Virus record (IMG/VR): IMGVR_UViG_3300028920_000028
Direction: 5' to 3' (one strand)
Source: an uncultured virus (IMG/VR IMGVR_UViG_3300028920_000028)
Lineage: Duplodnaviria > Heunggongvirae > Uroviricota > Caudoviricetes
Length of the DNA stretch: 57,259 bases
In this document: piece after piece, positions 9,520 through 17,978 of the stretch
How the letters are laid out: each line of letters begins with the position of its first letter
How positions within the stretch are numbered: position 1 is the stretch's first letter
Program-made: the position numbers and the translations under genes
Notes under the pieces: model-generated
Seen by the model: the letters and a program-made list of their open reading frames with translations, nothing else
What the model was told of the DNA's origin: nothing
Database searches by the model: none

Positions 9520-9722
9520 GGGGGACGCCCCTCAAAACCAAGCCCACGGGCCATGCCCGGAACCCATGTCGCTGAAGTCCCGGACGCGCCCCCGGACGGA
9601 ACCACGGACATGCAGGAGCAGCCGCAGGCCGATGTTGTAGTACTCCAACCTCTTCAGTCGGTGAAAGAGGTGATGGTCAAGGCCCCTCTCCACGGAATTG
9701 CTGACCCTGGCCGCCTCGGCCG

Positions 9723-10010
9723 CTACCGCCTCTTCTTTTTCCTGTGGCATACCCCGAACCTCCTCTGCTTCCTGATCCACCCCACCCATCTGCGGATTGC
9801 CGGATGCGCGCGGAGGGCCTCGATACTGTTCAGGGAATCGCATAGCTCGCGATTCGTGAACAGCGAGTGGACATGGTCGCCGCAGTCGATGCAAACGCGT
9901 ATCTTGGCGCCGTGCCTGCCCTTCTTGGACACGGGCGTCAAATGGTGTCCCTCCATGTATCTGGGCGACGGGGCCGTCCGGCCGCACAGCTCGCATGTCA
10001 GATCCCCCAT
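9723..10010 (-). CDS. HNH endonuclease-like protein
   Basis: CELCGR, EGHHLTP, VCIDCGDHVH. Confidence 0.75.
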   Translation of the reverse strand: MGDLTCELCGRTAPSPRYMEGHHLTPVSKKGRHGAKIRVCIDCGDHVHSLFTNRELCDSLNSIEALRAHPAIRRWVGWIRKQRRFGVCHRKKKRR

Positions 10011-10039
10011 GACTTGACGCGCCCCCGGCGGAAGGGCGC

Positions 10040-10390
10040 CTACCCCCCTTCACCCTCCCGATCCTTGCGGGCCCGCAGCTTGCCGACGAGGCCGTTCATG
10101 AACCGCGCGGCGGCGTGGGCGTGGCAGTACGCCGCCGAGTCGGGGCAGTAGCACTTGAGGACGACCTCCTTCTCCATGCCCTCCTTTGCCAGCTCGATGA
10201 ACTCGCCGCGCCGCGTCTCCCATCTGCGCTTGAGCAGCCCCTTGTAGTACTCGGTGTACTCCTCCCCGTCCATGCGCCCCAAGCGCACGGCCATCACCTT
10301 GCCCCAGTCGTCCGGGGCGAGGACGTGACCCGGGTTGCCCTTGATGGTGATGTCGAGGCCCTGCTGCTTCATCGTGCCCTTTCTGAACAT
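10040..10390 (-). CDS. DUF488-like protein
   Basis: LAP...W, Y..YY..LL, VVLKCYC...YCHAH motif pattern. Confidence 0.55.
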   Translation of the reverse strand: MFRKGTMKQQGLDITIKGNPGHVLAPDDWGKVMAVRLGRMDGEEYTEYYKGLLKRRWETRRGEFIELAKEGMEKEVVLKCYCPDSAAYCHAHAAARFMNGLVGKLRARKDREGEGG

Positions 10391-10393
10391 GGG

Positions 10394-10762
10394 CTAGTCC
10401 CCCTTTCCCGCCGGCTCGGCCCTTCTCCACACGGTCTTGTACCCGTCCCTGTCCTCGAGTTCGCACATGAGCGCGTCGATGCCGTTCGTGCAGCCGGCGG
10501 CGTCGAACTTCAGCATCTCCGTCCGGTGGCGCCTCTGCCAACCCATGACCCGGCTATTCGCCTTCATCTCCAAGAGGTCACCCTCGTGTATGACGGCATA
10601 CGGGGGTAGGTCGAACTCCACGCCGTACCCGTTGTCCACGAGGTCGCCGTCGGGGTCGGTGCGCATCACCACGATGGGCGGGCAGCCCAGGCGCTCGAAC
10701 AGCCTGACTATCTTCCTCGCCACCAAGTCCCTGCCGCGCGGCTCCGTGTGCCTCTGCATCAT
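10394..10762 (-). CDS. Hypothetical protein
   Basis: Starts MMQRHTEPRG; overlaps the upstream stop. Confidence 0.65.
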   Translation of the reverse strand: MMQRHTEPRGRDLVARKIVRLFERLGCPPIVVMRTDPDGDLVDNGYGVEFDLPPYAVIHEGDLLEMKANSRVMGWQRRHRTEMLKFDAAGCTNGIDALMCELEDRDGYKTVWRRAEPAGKGD

Positions 10763-11067
10763 TCCCCCTTCTGAGCCACCGCCCCGTCCATCGGCCTCAT
10801 GCAATCCAGGCTGCCGTCGTCGTTCATCACCACGCAGATCGGACCCATGCCGTCCTCGCCGATGCCGAACATCCCGTTGAGGAAGCCCAGCAGCCCCACC
10901 CTCGTCTCATCCCCCTCCGCCATCACCTGGATGGTGGGGTGGTCGGCGATCGCCGCGTTGCAGGGCACCCGTGTCTCTATGAGCGCCTTGGCGCACCCGG
11001 GGTCCTTCTCGATGACGTCGTTGAACAGATCGCACACGTCCTGCACCGTGACACTATCCTTGATCAT
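10759..11067 (-). CDS. Hypothetical phage protein
   Basis: 102 aa; RVPCNAAIADHPTIQV, VGLLGFLNGMFG. Confidence 0.7.
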   Translation of the reverse strand: MIKDSVTVQDVCDLFNDVIEKDPGCAKALIETRVPCNAAIADHPTIQVMAEGDETRVGLLGFLNGMFGIGEDGMGPICVVMNDDGSLDCMRPMDGAVAQKGE

Positions 11068-11068
11068 C

Positions 11069-11773
11069 CTACGCCCCTTTCTTCGCGTGGTACTCGAACT
11101 TCCCCTCGCCGTTCTCGCCCTGGCTCTCGTCGCCGTGGTCGAGGTTCTTGGCGCCGAGCTCGACCGTCTTCACGATGCCGACCTGGAAGTTGTCGATGAC
11201 CTTCTCGTACAGGCCGCGGTAGATGGACAGGAAAGCGTCGATGGCGGCGCGCGGGTGCTGGAAGTTCGCCCGGGGGTGCTCCGAGAACTCCTTGTGGCTG
11301 ATGTAGTGCCACGGGTCGGTGGCCTCCATCTCGTAGTCGTCGAAGAGCATCAGGCCGCCGACCTTCAGCAGCTCCCACACCATGACCGCGTCCCGCAGGT
11401 TGCCCTGCGCGTTGTGGTCGCCGTCGAGGTAGCCGAGGTCTATCCGATTCCTTTCGAACGCCATCTTCGGGAGCACGCGCTCCGAGTAGTCCGGGATGTG
11501 CATCAGATTCACGTCCGTCCTCTCCCGGAGCAGATCGAAGTTGTGGGCCATGTTCGGTGCGGGGTCCGGCTCTATGGCGAAGTACCGGCACCTGGGGCCG
11601 GTGAGGACGTTCTCGCAGAACCATATGGTGCTGCGGCCCTCGAAGATGCCGACCTCGAGGAACCGCAGGCCCTCCCTGCCCCCGAACATCCCCTTGACCT
11701 TCTCGTAGTTGGCGTAGTGGTCGTCCGTCCACCAATCGAACTTCGGGTCGAACCTGTAGCCTTCGTCGCTCAT
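11069..11773 (-). CDS. SAM-dependent methyltransferase (Methyltransf_24-like)
   Basis: FLEVGIFEGRSTIW, YLDGDH, LKVGGLMLFDDY. Confidence 0.88.
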   Translation of the reverse strand: MSDEGYRFDPKFDWWTDDHYANYEKVKGMFGGREGLRFLEVGIFEGRSTIWFCENVLTGPRCRYFAIEPDPAPNMAHNFDLLRERTDVNLMHIPDYSERVLPKMAFERNRIDLGYLDGDHNAQGNLRDAVMVWELLKVGGLMLFDDYEMEATDPWHYISHKEFSEHPRANFQHPRAAIDAFLSIYRGLYEKVIDNFQVGIVKTVELGAKNLDHGDESQGENGEGKFEYHAKKGA

Positions 11774-12186
11774 TTCGATTTCCTCCTGTGGGCCTCGAGC
11801 CCGGGCACGAGCGCCAGCACGTGGTCGTCCGTGTAGTACATTGCGTTGTCCAGGCAGTCAAGCTGGTAGATGCACGCCTTGGCGACGTCGGCCCTGGACG
11901 TGCGAAGCAGATCGTTTTGCAGGGCGTCCCGGATCTCCCTGAAACGATCCGGCTCCAGCGGCACGAGCGCGCGCCGGCTCCAGCATATCCTGTGGAACGG
12001 CAGGAGGCTCGCGGCGAGGTCGCACAGCATCGCCTTGTCCTCGAGTCCCACCGTGCCGCCCTTGAACAGGTTGGCGTAGGCGTGCGCCCTCCATCTGTAG
12101 CTGCCATCGCGAAGGTCATCAGGCACATCAAGCCCGTTCCGGTTGATGGCCCTTCTCACCCTGGCTGTGTCTCTCAAGGCCCTCAT
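11770..12186 (-). CDS. Hypothetical protein
   Basis: 138-aa ORF with ATGA overlaps on both sides. Confidence 0.65.
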   Translation of the reverse strand: MRALRDTARVRRAINRNGLDVPDDLRDGSYRWRAHAYANLFKGGTVGLEDKAMLCDLAASLLPFHRICWSRRALVPLEPDRFREIRDALQNDLLRTSRADVAKACIYQLDCLDNAMYYTDDHVLALVPGLEAHRRKSK

Positions 12187-12410
12187 GCGCCCCCCCGGCC
12201 CAGTCGGCTGCCCCGCGCCCCCGCACGCGGGGCGAGGGTCGGAATCCGTTCAAGAAACTTGTGCACAAGCGAACGCCGCAGATCAATCCATGCGTCGTCC
12301 GCGCGCAGAAGGACGCCTCTGCTCGTGGCATCTTCGAGATCGCGGGCCATGCCGACATACCTGTCGGTAAACCAGCCGCTGATCTGCCTGCCGTCCCTGA
12401 GCCGTATCAT
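12183..12410 (-). CDS. Hypothetical protein (MIRLRDGRQISGWF...)
   Basis: Real tail of ORF 12183..13565; ATGA overlaps. Confidence 0.55.
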   Translation of the reverse strand: MIRLRDGRQISGWFTDRYVGMARDLEDATSRGVLLRADDAWIDLRRSLVHKFLERIPTLAPRAGARGSRLGRGGA

Positions 12411-12724
12411 GTCTTCGCCACCATCGTCAGCCCCGCTATGCGCATGGTGCACCCGACCCATTGCCACGCCGTGAACTTGGCGCCGGAGAACAGGATGACC
12501 GACACGGTGCATGCGGTTATCATGAAGAAGTCGTAGAACAGGGCGTCCACGGCGATGCGCCTCGAGAACGCCGTCACAAGCGGCCACATGGGGACCGCCC
12601 CGAGGAGGCACAGGGACACCGCCTTCCAAACGCTCCTCTCCGCGTTCAGGCGCACGCTCAACCATCCGTAGAACGTGTAGTACGCGATGGTGAACGGCAC
12701 CCACACGAAATAGAATCTCACCAC
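12407..12724 (-). CDS. Small multi-TM membrane protein (SMR/EamA-like size)
   Basis: About four hydrophobic segments in 105 aa. Confidence 0.6.
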   Translation of the reverse strand: MVRFYFVWVPFTIAYYTFYGWLSVRLNAERSVWKAVSLCLLGAVPMWPLVTAFSRRIAVDALFYDFFMITACTVSVILFSGAKFTAWQWVGCTMRIAGLTMVAKT

Positions 12725-12739
12725 CGCCCCCCATACGCG

Positions 12740-13624
12740 TCAGTTGTTCCCGCACTGCCCCGGCTTGTACAGGTCGCGCTCCCACGTGCCCTTGTATATC
12801 TTCGGCACGCCCCGCACGTCTATCCGCCCGGCTTGGAAGTCCTTCACGACCCTGTAGTTCGGATCGTACCGATTCTCCTGCACGTTCCCGACGACGACCG
12901 GATCCTCGAAGCACGCCAGGATGTCCCCGTCCTGCCAGCCGCCACGTATGAGCACGTTGCGGTAGCCGCGGACGCAGGCGCACTCGGTGCCGCCGCGCTT
13001 GTATTCGCTGTCGATTGCCAGGAAGTCCTCGGGCGTGTAGGCCCTCACGTCCTCGAAGTCCCTGCCCCTGTCCTCGCCCTTGAAGTCCTGTATCTTGTAG
13101 TCGAACCCGCGCTCCCTCCACATCCTGCGCGCCCCCAACAGCGTCTCTCGCGTTCCGGCGAACAGCAGTTCCTTGATGTAGACGGGGACCCCGAGGGATC
13201 GTATCAGTTCGGCGTTGCGCTCGAACTTCTCCACCAGCTCCGGCACGCCGCCTATCATGCGCCTGTGGAAGGTCAGGCCGACTCGGTGCACCCTTGGGGC
13301 GTATTCGGCTATCGTGCGGTAGTTCTCGGCCTCCTGGATGCCGTTGGTGAGTATGTCCGCCCGCTCCATCGTCGCGGCCCTCATGAAGGCGCGGATGGTC
13401 CCGGTGTTGGTGCGGATGAACGGCTCGCCGCCGTGGAAGTGGACGATGATGTCCTCGGCGTCCTTCAAATGGGTGTCCCGGAACCGGCACCAATCCTTGA
13501 GGGTGAACCTGTGCGGCTCGGTGTAGTTGAGGGCGTGGCGCTCGGTGTGGAAGCAGTAGCTGCAACGGAGGTTGCAGTCATAGGAGATGGGGTAAGCACA
13601 AAAATATTTCATCTGGATATACAT
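12740..13624 (-). CDS. Radical SAM protein
   Basis: CNLRCSYC cluster motif, HFHGGEP, LTNG, C-terminal twitch/SPASM-like C...GDILAC. Confidence 0.9.
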   Translation of the reverse strand: MYIQMKYFCAYPISYDCNLRCSYCFHTERHALNYTEPHRFTLKDWCRFRDTHLKDAEDIIVHFHGGEPFIRTNTGTIRAFMRAATMERADILTNGIQEAENYRTIAEYAPRVHRVGLTFHRRMIGGVPELVEKFERNAELIRSLGVPVYIKELLFAGTRETLLGARRMWRERGFDYKIQDFKGEDRGRDFEDVRAYTPEDFLAIDSEYKRGGTECACVRGYRNVLIRGGWQDGDILACFEDPVVVGNVQENRYDPNYRVVKDFQAGRIDVRGVPKIYKGTWERDLYKPGQCGNN

Positions 13625-13675
13625 GGCGGCGGGGGAACCGCACAATGTCCAATCCCCCGCCGCTTCTCTCTGGTT

Positions 13676-13852
13676 CTAAGGCCGGACTTCTGTTGCCAGG
13701 CGTTGCCGGCTTGCCCCCTCTGCGGCGCGCAGCCGCATATTCAAAAGTCCCAGCATGACCGCGAACAAGCCGCCGACGATGGCTCCTTCCACACCTCCCA
13801 ATGCCGCGCCAACTGCGGCGGCGCTGAAAAAATGGACCATGTCCTCGCTCAT
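13676..13852 (-). CDS. Small glycine-zipper membrane peptide (58 aa)
   Basis: Hand translation MSEDMVHFFSAAAVGAALGGVEGAIVGGLFAVMLGLL... Confidence 0.45.
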   Translation of the reverse strand: MSEDMVHFFSAAAVGAALGGVEGAIVGGLFAVMLGLLNMRLRAAEGASRQRLATEVRP

Positions 13853-13874
13853 GACACACCTAACATATTGATAT

Positions 13875-14226
13875 TGGTGGAGGTGCGGAGAGTCGAACTC
13901 CGGTCCGCGAAACGATCCATGAAGGCCTCTTCACATGCTTGTCCGGCCTGGTTAACCGTCAGCAGGGACCGGCGCCCGCCGACGGTGGCTGTGCACTGGA
14001 TCTCGGCCTCGGCGCGCGCACAGGCGCCTTCGGCCCAGTCACTGTATTGACCCTCCCCAGGCTACTGTGACCCCTGGCCCGGTTCAGGGAAGCCGCAACT
14101 AGGCAGCTTCGGCGTAGCTGTACTCTTCGGCAGTTGTTTACCGGGTCGGCTTGTTACGCGGCCAACCGACCAACCGCGGCATGCAGCCTACAATTCACGC
14201 CACACGTCGAAACCAAATACACCCCC
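13875..14226 (-). ncRNA. ssrA: tmRNA (352 nt), tag AEEYSYAEAA*
   Basis: 5' GGGGGUGUAUUUGGUUUCGAC; 3' CGGAGUUCGACUCUCCGCACCUCCACCA; acceptor stem with G3.U wobble; tag frame 14131..14099. Confidence 0.96.
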
Positions 14227-14242
14227 ACATTGTCAAAGAACG

Positions 14243-14449
14243 CTACCGCTTGTATGGACACGGTCCGCCCAGCCGCAGGGGCTGGACAAGCGCCGGATCT
14301 ATAGGCCTATGGGGCCTTCTCAAGTATCTGCGCACCGCTTTGATCGCATCGAACCGCGCCTTCGGGTCGATGCTGATGGTCATCTGGCAGTACCCTTCCC
14401 GCTCCTCGGGAGGCACTTTGCAGTCCCTGCACTCCGCCCGGCTACTCAA
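14243..14449 (-). CDS. Hypothetical small Cys-containing protein
   Basis: 68 aa, GGAGG RBS, lies between promoter and tmRNA. Confidence 0.5.
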   Translation of the reverse strand: MSSRAECRDCKVPPEEREGYCQMTISIDPKARFDAIKAVRRYLRRPHRPIDPALVQPLRLGGPCPYKR

Positions 14450-14466
14450 GGTTGACCTCCTGCCCT

Positions 14467-14494
14467 AATATACTATCTGAAAGCGAAATATCAA
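14467..14494 (-). promoter_or_regulatory. sigma70-like promoter TTGATA-N16-TATATT
   Basis: AT-rich intergenic site upstream of the small ORF and tmRNA. Confidence 0.65.
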
Positions 14495-14506
14495 CTGATC
14501 ATTCGG

Positions 14507-15145
14507 CTAGGTTTCCTCGATCCTGAAATCCCCGAGCGTGATGACGTAGCTTTTCCTCTCCTTGCGCACGGCGTACCGTATGATGGCCTCCGTGGCGACG
14601 GCGACCGCCAGCATGATTGTGTTGCGGGCGAGCGGGTAGTCGCACACGTCCGGCTCCGTCGTGTCCTTCGGCACCCGGTACGACTCGTTCCAGATGACCT
14701 CCGCGTAGTCCTTGGCCAGCCCGACATGCAGGCAGTCCGTCCCGGTCTCCGCGCAGTACCCGGCCACGAGGGCCCGGCTGGCGCTGTTGTCGAAGCCGTC
14801 CACGACCAGCGTGGGCGTCCCGATCACTTTCACCGCGTTGCGCTCCTCGAGTCGCTGCGTCACGGCCTCGAGGGCCGCCCCGCAGGACGCGAACGCCCCG
14901 TTCTTGAGCATGGTCGCCTTGTACTGCCCGACCTCGCGGCGCGTCCACACCTGGGTGGGGATGTTGTGCACCTCGACGCGATCCATGTCCACGACGCGTA
15001 TGGCCCGGAAGCCCTGGCGGACCATGTTGTCCACCAAGTTCGAGCCCACGGCCCCGGCGCCGCACACGGTCACCGGAAGGGCCGCTATGGTCTGCATGGC
15101 GGCATTGCCCCTGTAGGCCGCCTCGTGCGCCAGCATGTCAGCCAT
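14507..15145 (-). CDS. ThiF/E1-like ubiquitin-activating adenylyltransferase
   Basis: VCGAGAVGS, VVDMDRVEVHNIPTQ, GQYKA, VVDGFDN..SR; lone C-terminal Cys in DVCDYP; no CxxC Zn pairs. Confidence 0.92.
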   Translation of the reverse strand: MADMLAHEAAYRGNAAMQTIAALPVTVCGAGAVGSNLVDNMVRQGFRAIRVVDMDRVEVHNIPTQVWTRREVGQYKATMLKNGAFASCGAALEAVTQRLEERNAVKVIGTPTLVVDGFDNSASRALVAGYCAETGTDCLHVGLAKDYAEVIWNESYRVPKDTTEPDVCDYPLARNTIMLAVAVATEAIIRYAVRKERKSYVITLGDFRIEET

Positions 15146-15317
15146 CTTTGGCTCCTTTCCCCCTCTTGCCCCTGCTCGGCCTGTAGTAGCTGCAGTTCTG
15201 CCCCTTCTTGGGCGCCCTCTTCAGCAGCGAGATGACGAGGCAGTTCGAATGGTACTCGCAGTCCGTGTACGGGCACCTCGGGGCGCCCGCCCCCGTTTCC
15301 CCGTGTCCCCCGCTCAT
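15138..15317 (-). CDS. Small Cys/His-rich protein (59 aa)
   Basis: Hand translation MSGGHGETGAGAPRCPYTDCEYHSNCLVISLLKRAPKKGQNCSYYRPSRGKRGKGAKDG; overlaps both neighbours. Confidence 0.6.
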   Translation of the reverse strand: MSGGHGETGAGAPRCPYTDCEYHSNCLVISLLKRAPKKGQNCSYYRPSRGKRGKGAKDG

Positions 15318-15739
15318 TCCGCCCCCGGCGCGCTGACGTCCCTTCCGTCGAACATCGATCCGAGCGTGACCCTGCCGACCCTGAGGAGGCCGGCGCGCAC
15401 CCAGCGCATCTCATACCGGATGAACCGATACGGCATGTCGGCGCGCCTCCTGTACACGAAATACCGTGTCGACGCCCCGCACGTCACGCCGCAGACCATC
15501 GGTGCGCCTGACGCCACCACCCACGACCGCATCGTCTTGTCGTCCGTGGCGCTGGGCGTGTCGAACTTCTCGCCGGGGTGGGTGTGCCTCCAGCCGACCA
15601 GCGACCTGTCGTCCCAGGCCCTTTCCCAGTCGAAACCCACGTCGCCGGCGCCGCCCCTCGAAACATGCCTCTCGCGCCAGACCCACGTGCGCCCCAGGCG
15701 CGCCCCGCGCATGAACCAGCATTCCTCGGCGAACGGCAT
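15314..15739 (-). CDS. JAB/MPN+ metalloprotease (deubiquitinase-like)
   Basis: N-terminal Glu (EECW) and GWRHTHP......PSATD JAMM motif. Confidence 0.88.
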   Translation of the reverse strand: MPFAEECWFMRGARLGRTWVWRERHVSRGGAGDVGFDWERAWDDRSLVGWRHTHPGEKFDTPSATDDKTMRSWVVASGAPMVCGVTCGASTRYFVYRRRADMPYRFIRYEMRWVRAGLLRVGRVTLGSMFDGRDVSAPGAE

Positions 15740-15771
15740 CAGTCGTCTTCCTTTGAGATCCTCATTGAACT

Positions 15772-15800
15772 AATATACTTTTTTCCAGCCTGTTTGTAAA
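15772..15800 (-). promoter_or_regulatory. sigma70-like promoter TTTACA-N17-TATATT
   Basis: Directly upstream of the JAB-Cys-E1 operon. Confidence 0.7.
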
Positions 15801-15817
15801 AATCCAACCGCAGGGCT

Positions 15818-16228
15818 TCACAGCTCCAGCTCCCTTCGAAGTTTCTCGGCGGCCTCCCCGACATCCTTCGGTATCTCGCACTCCCATACGACCTTCACGT
15901 CCCACCCCATGGCGCGGAGATCCCGCACCGCCTTCCTGTCCCTCTTGACGTTGCGCTCCAGCTTCGCCCTCCAAAACTCGACGTTCGATTTCGGGATCCT
16001 CGACCCCCGGCATTTCCGGTGCTGGTGCCAGAAGCACCCGTGGACGAAGATGGCCAGCCTCCTGCCAGGCATCACGATGTCGGGGTTCCCGGGGAGATCT
16101 CGGCGGTGGAGGCGGTATCGACAGCCCATGCCGTGCAGGGCGCGGCGCACCACCATCTCCGGGCCGGTGTCCTTCGACCGGATCCGGCTCATGATGTAGC
16201 TACGTTTTTCGACCGACACGGTGTCCAT
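15818..16228 (-). CDS. vsr: Very short patch repair endonuclease Vsr
   Basis: MDTVSVEKRSYIMSRIRSKDTGPE, LPGNPDIV, FVHGCFWHQH, VVWECE. Confidence 0.95.
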   Translation of the reverse strand: MDTVSVEKRSYIMSRIRSKDTGPEMVVRRALHGMGCRYRLHRRDLPGNPDIVMPGRRLAIFVHGCFWHQHRKCRGSRIPKSNVEFWRAKLERNVKRDRKAVRDLRAMGWDVKVVWECEIPKDVGEAAEKLRRELEL

Positions 16229-16230
16229 CG

Positions 16231-16518
16231 TCAGGGGCGCTTCCCGGGGGCCGACCCGGACACCCTCACGTCCGGCCCCAGCCTGCCCCACCCGCCCCTC
16301 TGCCGCGACATGCAGGCGTTGATGCCCCGTTTGGTCACGTCCAGCTCCGCGGTGAACGCCAGGTGGGTGCCGTCCTTGAGCGCGACGCGGATCCTTTGCA
16401 CACGGGAGATGCGCGGCGGGTCGATGTCCACATGGTCGATGTCCTCCCCTTTGTAGTATTCCTGCGGCACGGTCGCCGACTCGCGCTGCCCCTCCGGCTG
16501 TTGTTTCTGTTCGTCCAT
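16231..16518 (-). CDS. Hypothetical protein
   Basis: ORF with RBS, collinear with neighbours. Confidence 0.55.
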   Translation of the reverse strand: MDEQKQQPEGQRESATVPQEYYKGEDIDHVDIDPPRISRVQRIRVALKDGTHLAFTAELDVTKRGINACMSRQRGGWGRLGPDVRVSGSAPGKRP

Positions 16519-16532
16519 TTCGACCCCCCTGT

Positions 16533-16718
16533 TCATAAGGCGCTACTGCCGACCCCCAGTGCGCGGCGGCAGTGCGGACACATGTAGACATCGATCGTCG
16601 CAAGCGCGCCCTCGCTCTTGAAGTGAATCTCCTCAATCGCCTTTCCGCAGTGCGGGCAGACGGGGAGGTGGTCAACCTCCACTATTTTCAGGCGCTTCTT
16701 CCTCCTCGGCACCGGCAA
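16533..16718 (-). CDS. Small Zn-ribbon protein
   Basis: CPHC...CPHC. Confidence 0.6.
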   Translation of the reverse strand: MPVPRRKKRLKIVEVDHLPVCPHCGKAIEEIHFKSEGALATIDVYMCPHCRRALGVGSSAL

Positions 16719-17412
16719 CTCCCCTCTCGAGCTCCTTCCTATGCTTTCTCACCAGATACTTGACATCCTTGTAGGCGTCGATCGACACGCCGGCCTCTAT
16801 CTTCAGCTCGCAGAAGGATTCGATATCGCGAAGTGCGTGGCACTCGGCAACTGCGTTGGTGTCGGCGGGCGCGGCATGCGAAACCGGCTTCGACCAGATC
16901 ACCGGAGATATCTCGTCGTCCGTATCCTCGGGGAATGCGGCGCCCTCCTTCACCGTCACCGGACCGGGCCATTCTGGCGGGCTGCTGTCGGACATCTTCC
17001 CCTTCTTCTTGGGCTTCGGACGCTTGTTGCTCTCGTGGCTCCAGTCCCTGGACGGATACGTGTGCCTCACCTCGCCATCCTTGTACAGGTGGCCGGCGGG
17101 ACCCGACTTGTACCTACAGGGCTTGTTGGTGTCCTTGTAGAAACCCGAATAGGAACCGTCAAGAGCGAGGACAATGTCATACGCCGCGCCATTGATGGCC
17201 TCGATCTCGTAGGGGAGCGGTCCGCGCGCCAGCTTCGACTTGAACTCCGCGACCTCGAGCCTATCGGACCCGTCGCCGTCCAGGGGCATGCCGAACCTGC
17301 CGCTGTGCCCTATGTTGCCGTTCACGTGAAACAGCATCAAGAGCCGTTCGAACCTGTGCATCACCTCCGCGCTGGAGGCCGTCACCGTGAATGTCTTGGT
17401 CACTTCCTTCAT
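16672..17412 (-). CDS. Hypothetical protein
   Basis: AGGAG RBS before MKEVTKTF. Confidence 0.65.
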   Translation of the reverse strand: MKEVTKTFTVTASSAEVMHRFERLLMLFHVNGNIGHSGRFGMPLDGDGSDRLEVAEFKSKLARGPLPYEIEAINGAAYDIVLALDGSYSGFYKDTNKPCRYKSGPAGHLYKDGEVRHTYPSRDWSHESNKRPKPKKKGKMSDSSPPEWPGPVTVKEGAAFPEDTDDEISPVIWSKPVSHAAPADTNAVAECHALRDIESFCELKIEAGVSIDAYKDVKYLVRKHRKELERGVAGAEEEEAPENSGG

Positions 17413-17741
17413 TGTCAATCTCCTATTTGCGGGCGCCATTTCAGCCTGGTCGCCACTTCGGCAAAGGGCCTTGTGAATCCCCTTCTGAGTATCTCATCCA
17501 AACGATCCATTATCCCCCCGCTCACTCGAGTCCCTTTTGAAATCTGAAAAACCGAGAAACGCATTGAGGGCGTCGTCCAAAGGCATCATTAGCCCTGAAT
17601 CGACCCGACAAAACGGGTCGGCCCCCACCTGCCTTTCAACAGCGTCACCCACATGCCATTGCAGATCCCCCATCATGAGCCTGAGACGCTTTCCCCTTAT
17701 CGTGATACGCCTGACCATTCCATCCCTGCCGGCACAGCCCG

Positions 17742-17978
17742 TCATCTGAACGTCCTGTAGCGCTCGACGCATCCCAGGGTGCGGAGTCTGAAGAAGGTCG
17801 AGAATACCCTCCAAGCGGAGGAACCCAAGTCCGCCCACGTCGATGATATGACACGCTGCCTTGCCTCTTGGGACACATGTCGGTTCACCGGGTGGTTCTG
17901 GTCGTCCGTTTCGATGAAACATCGGTAGACGCCCTCCTTGACGGCCTCGCTCACATTCGTGCGGGGGTCGCGGGTCAT
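17742..17978 (-). CDS. Hypothetical protein (frame uncertain; 17494..17922 is an alternative)
   Basis: ATGA overlap with the upstream gene. Confidence 0.4.
   Translation of the reverse strand: MTRDPRTNVSEAVKEGVYRCFIETDDQNHPVNRHVSQEARQRVISSTWADLGSSAWRVFSTFFRLRTLGCVERYRTFR

Noticed and set aside
14507..15145. Thiamine/molybdopterin biosynthesis role for the ThiF protein
   Set aside because: No thiS/thiG/moaD/moaE context in the window, and it lacks the Zn-binding CxxC pairs
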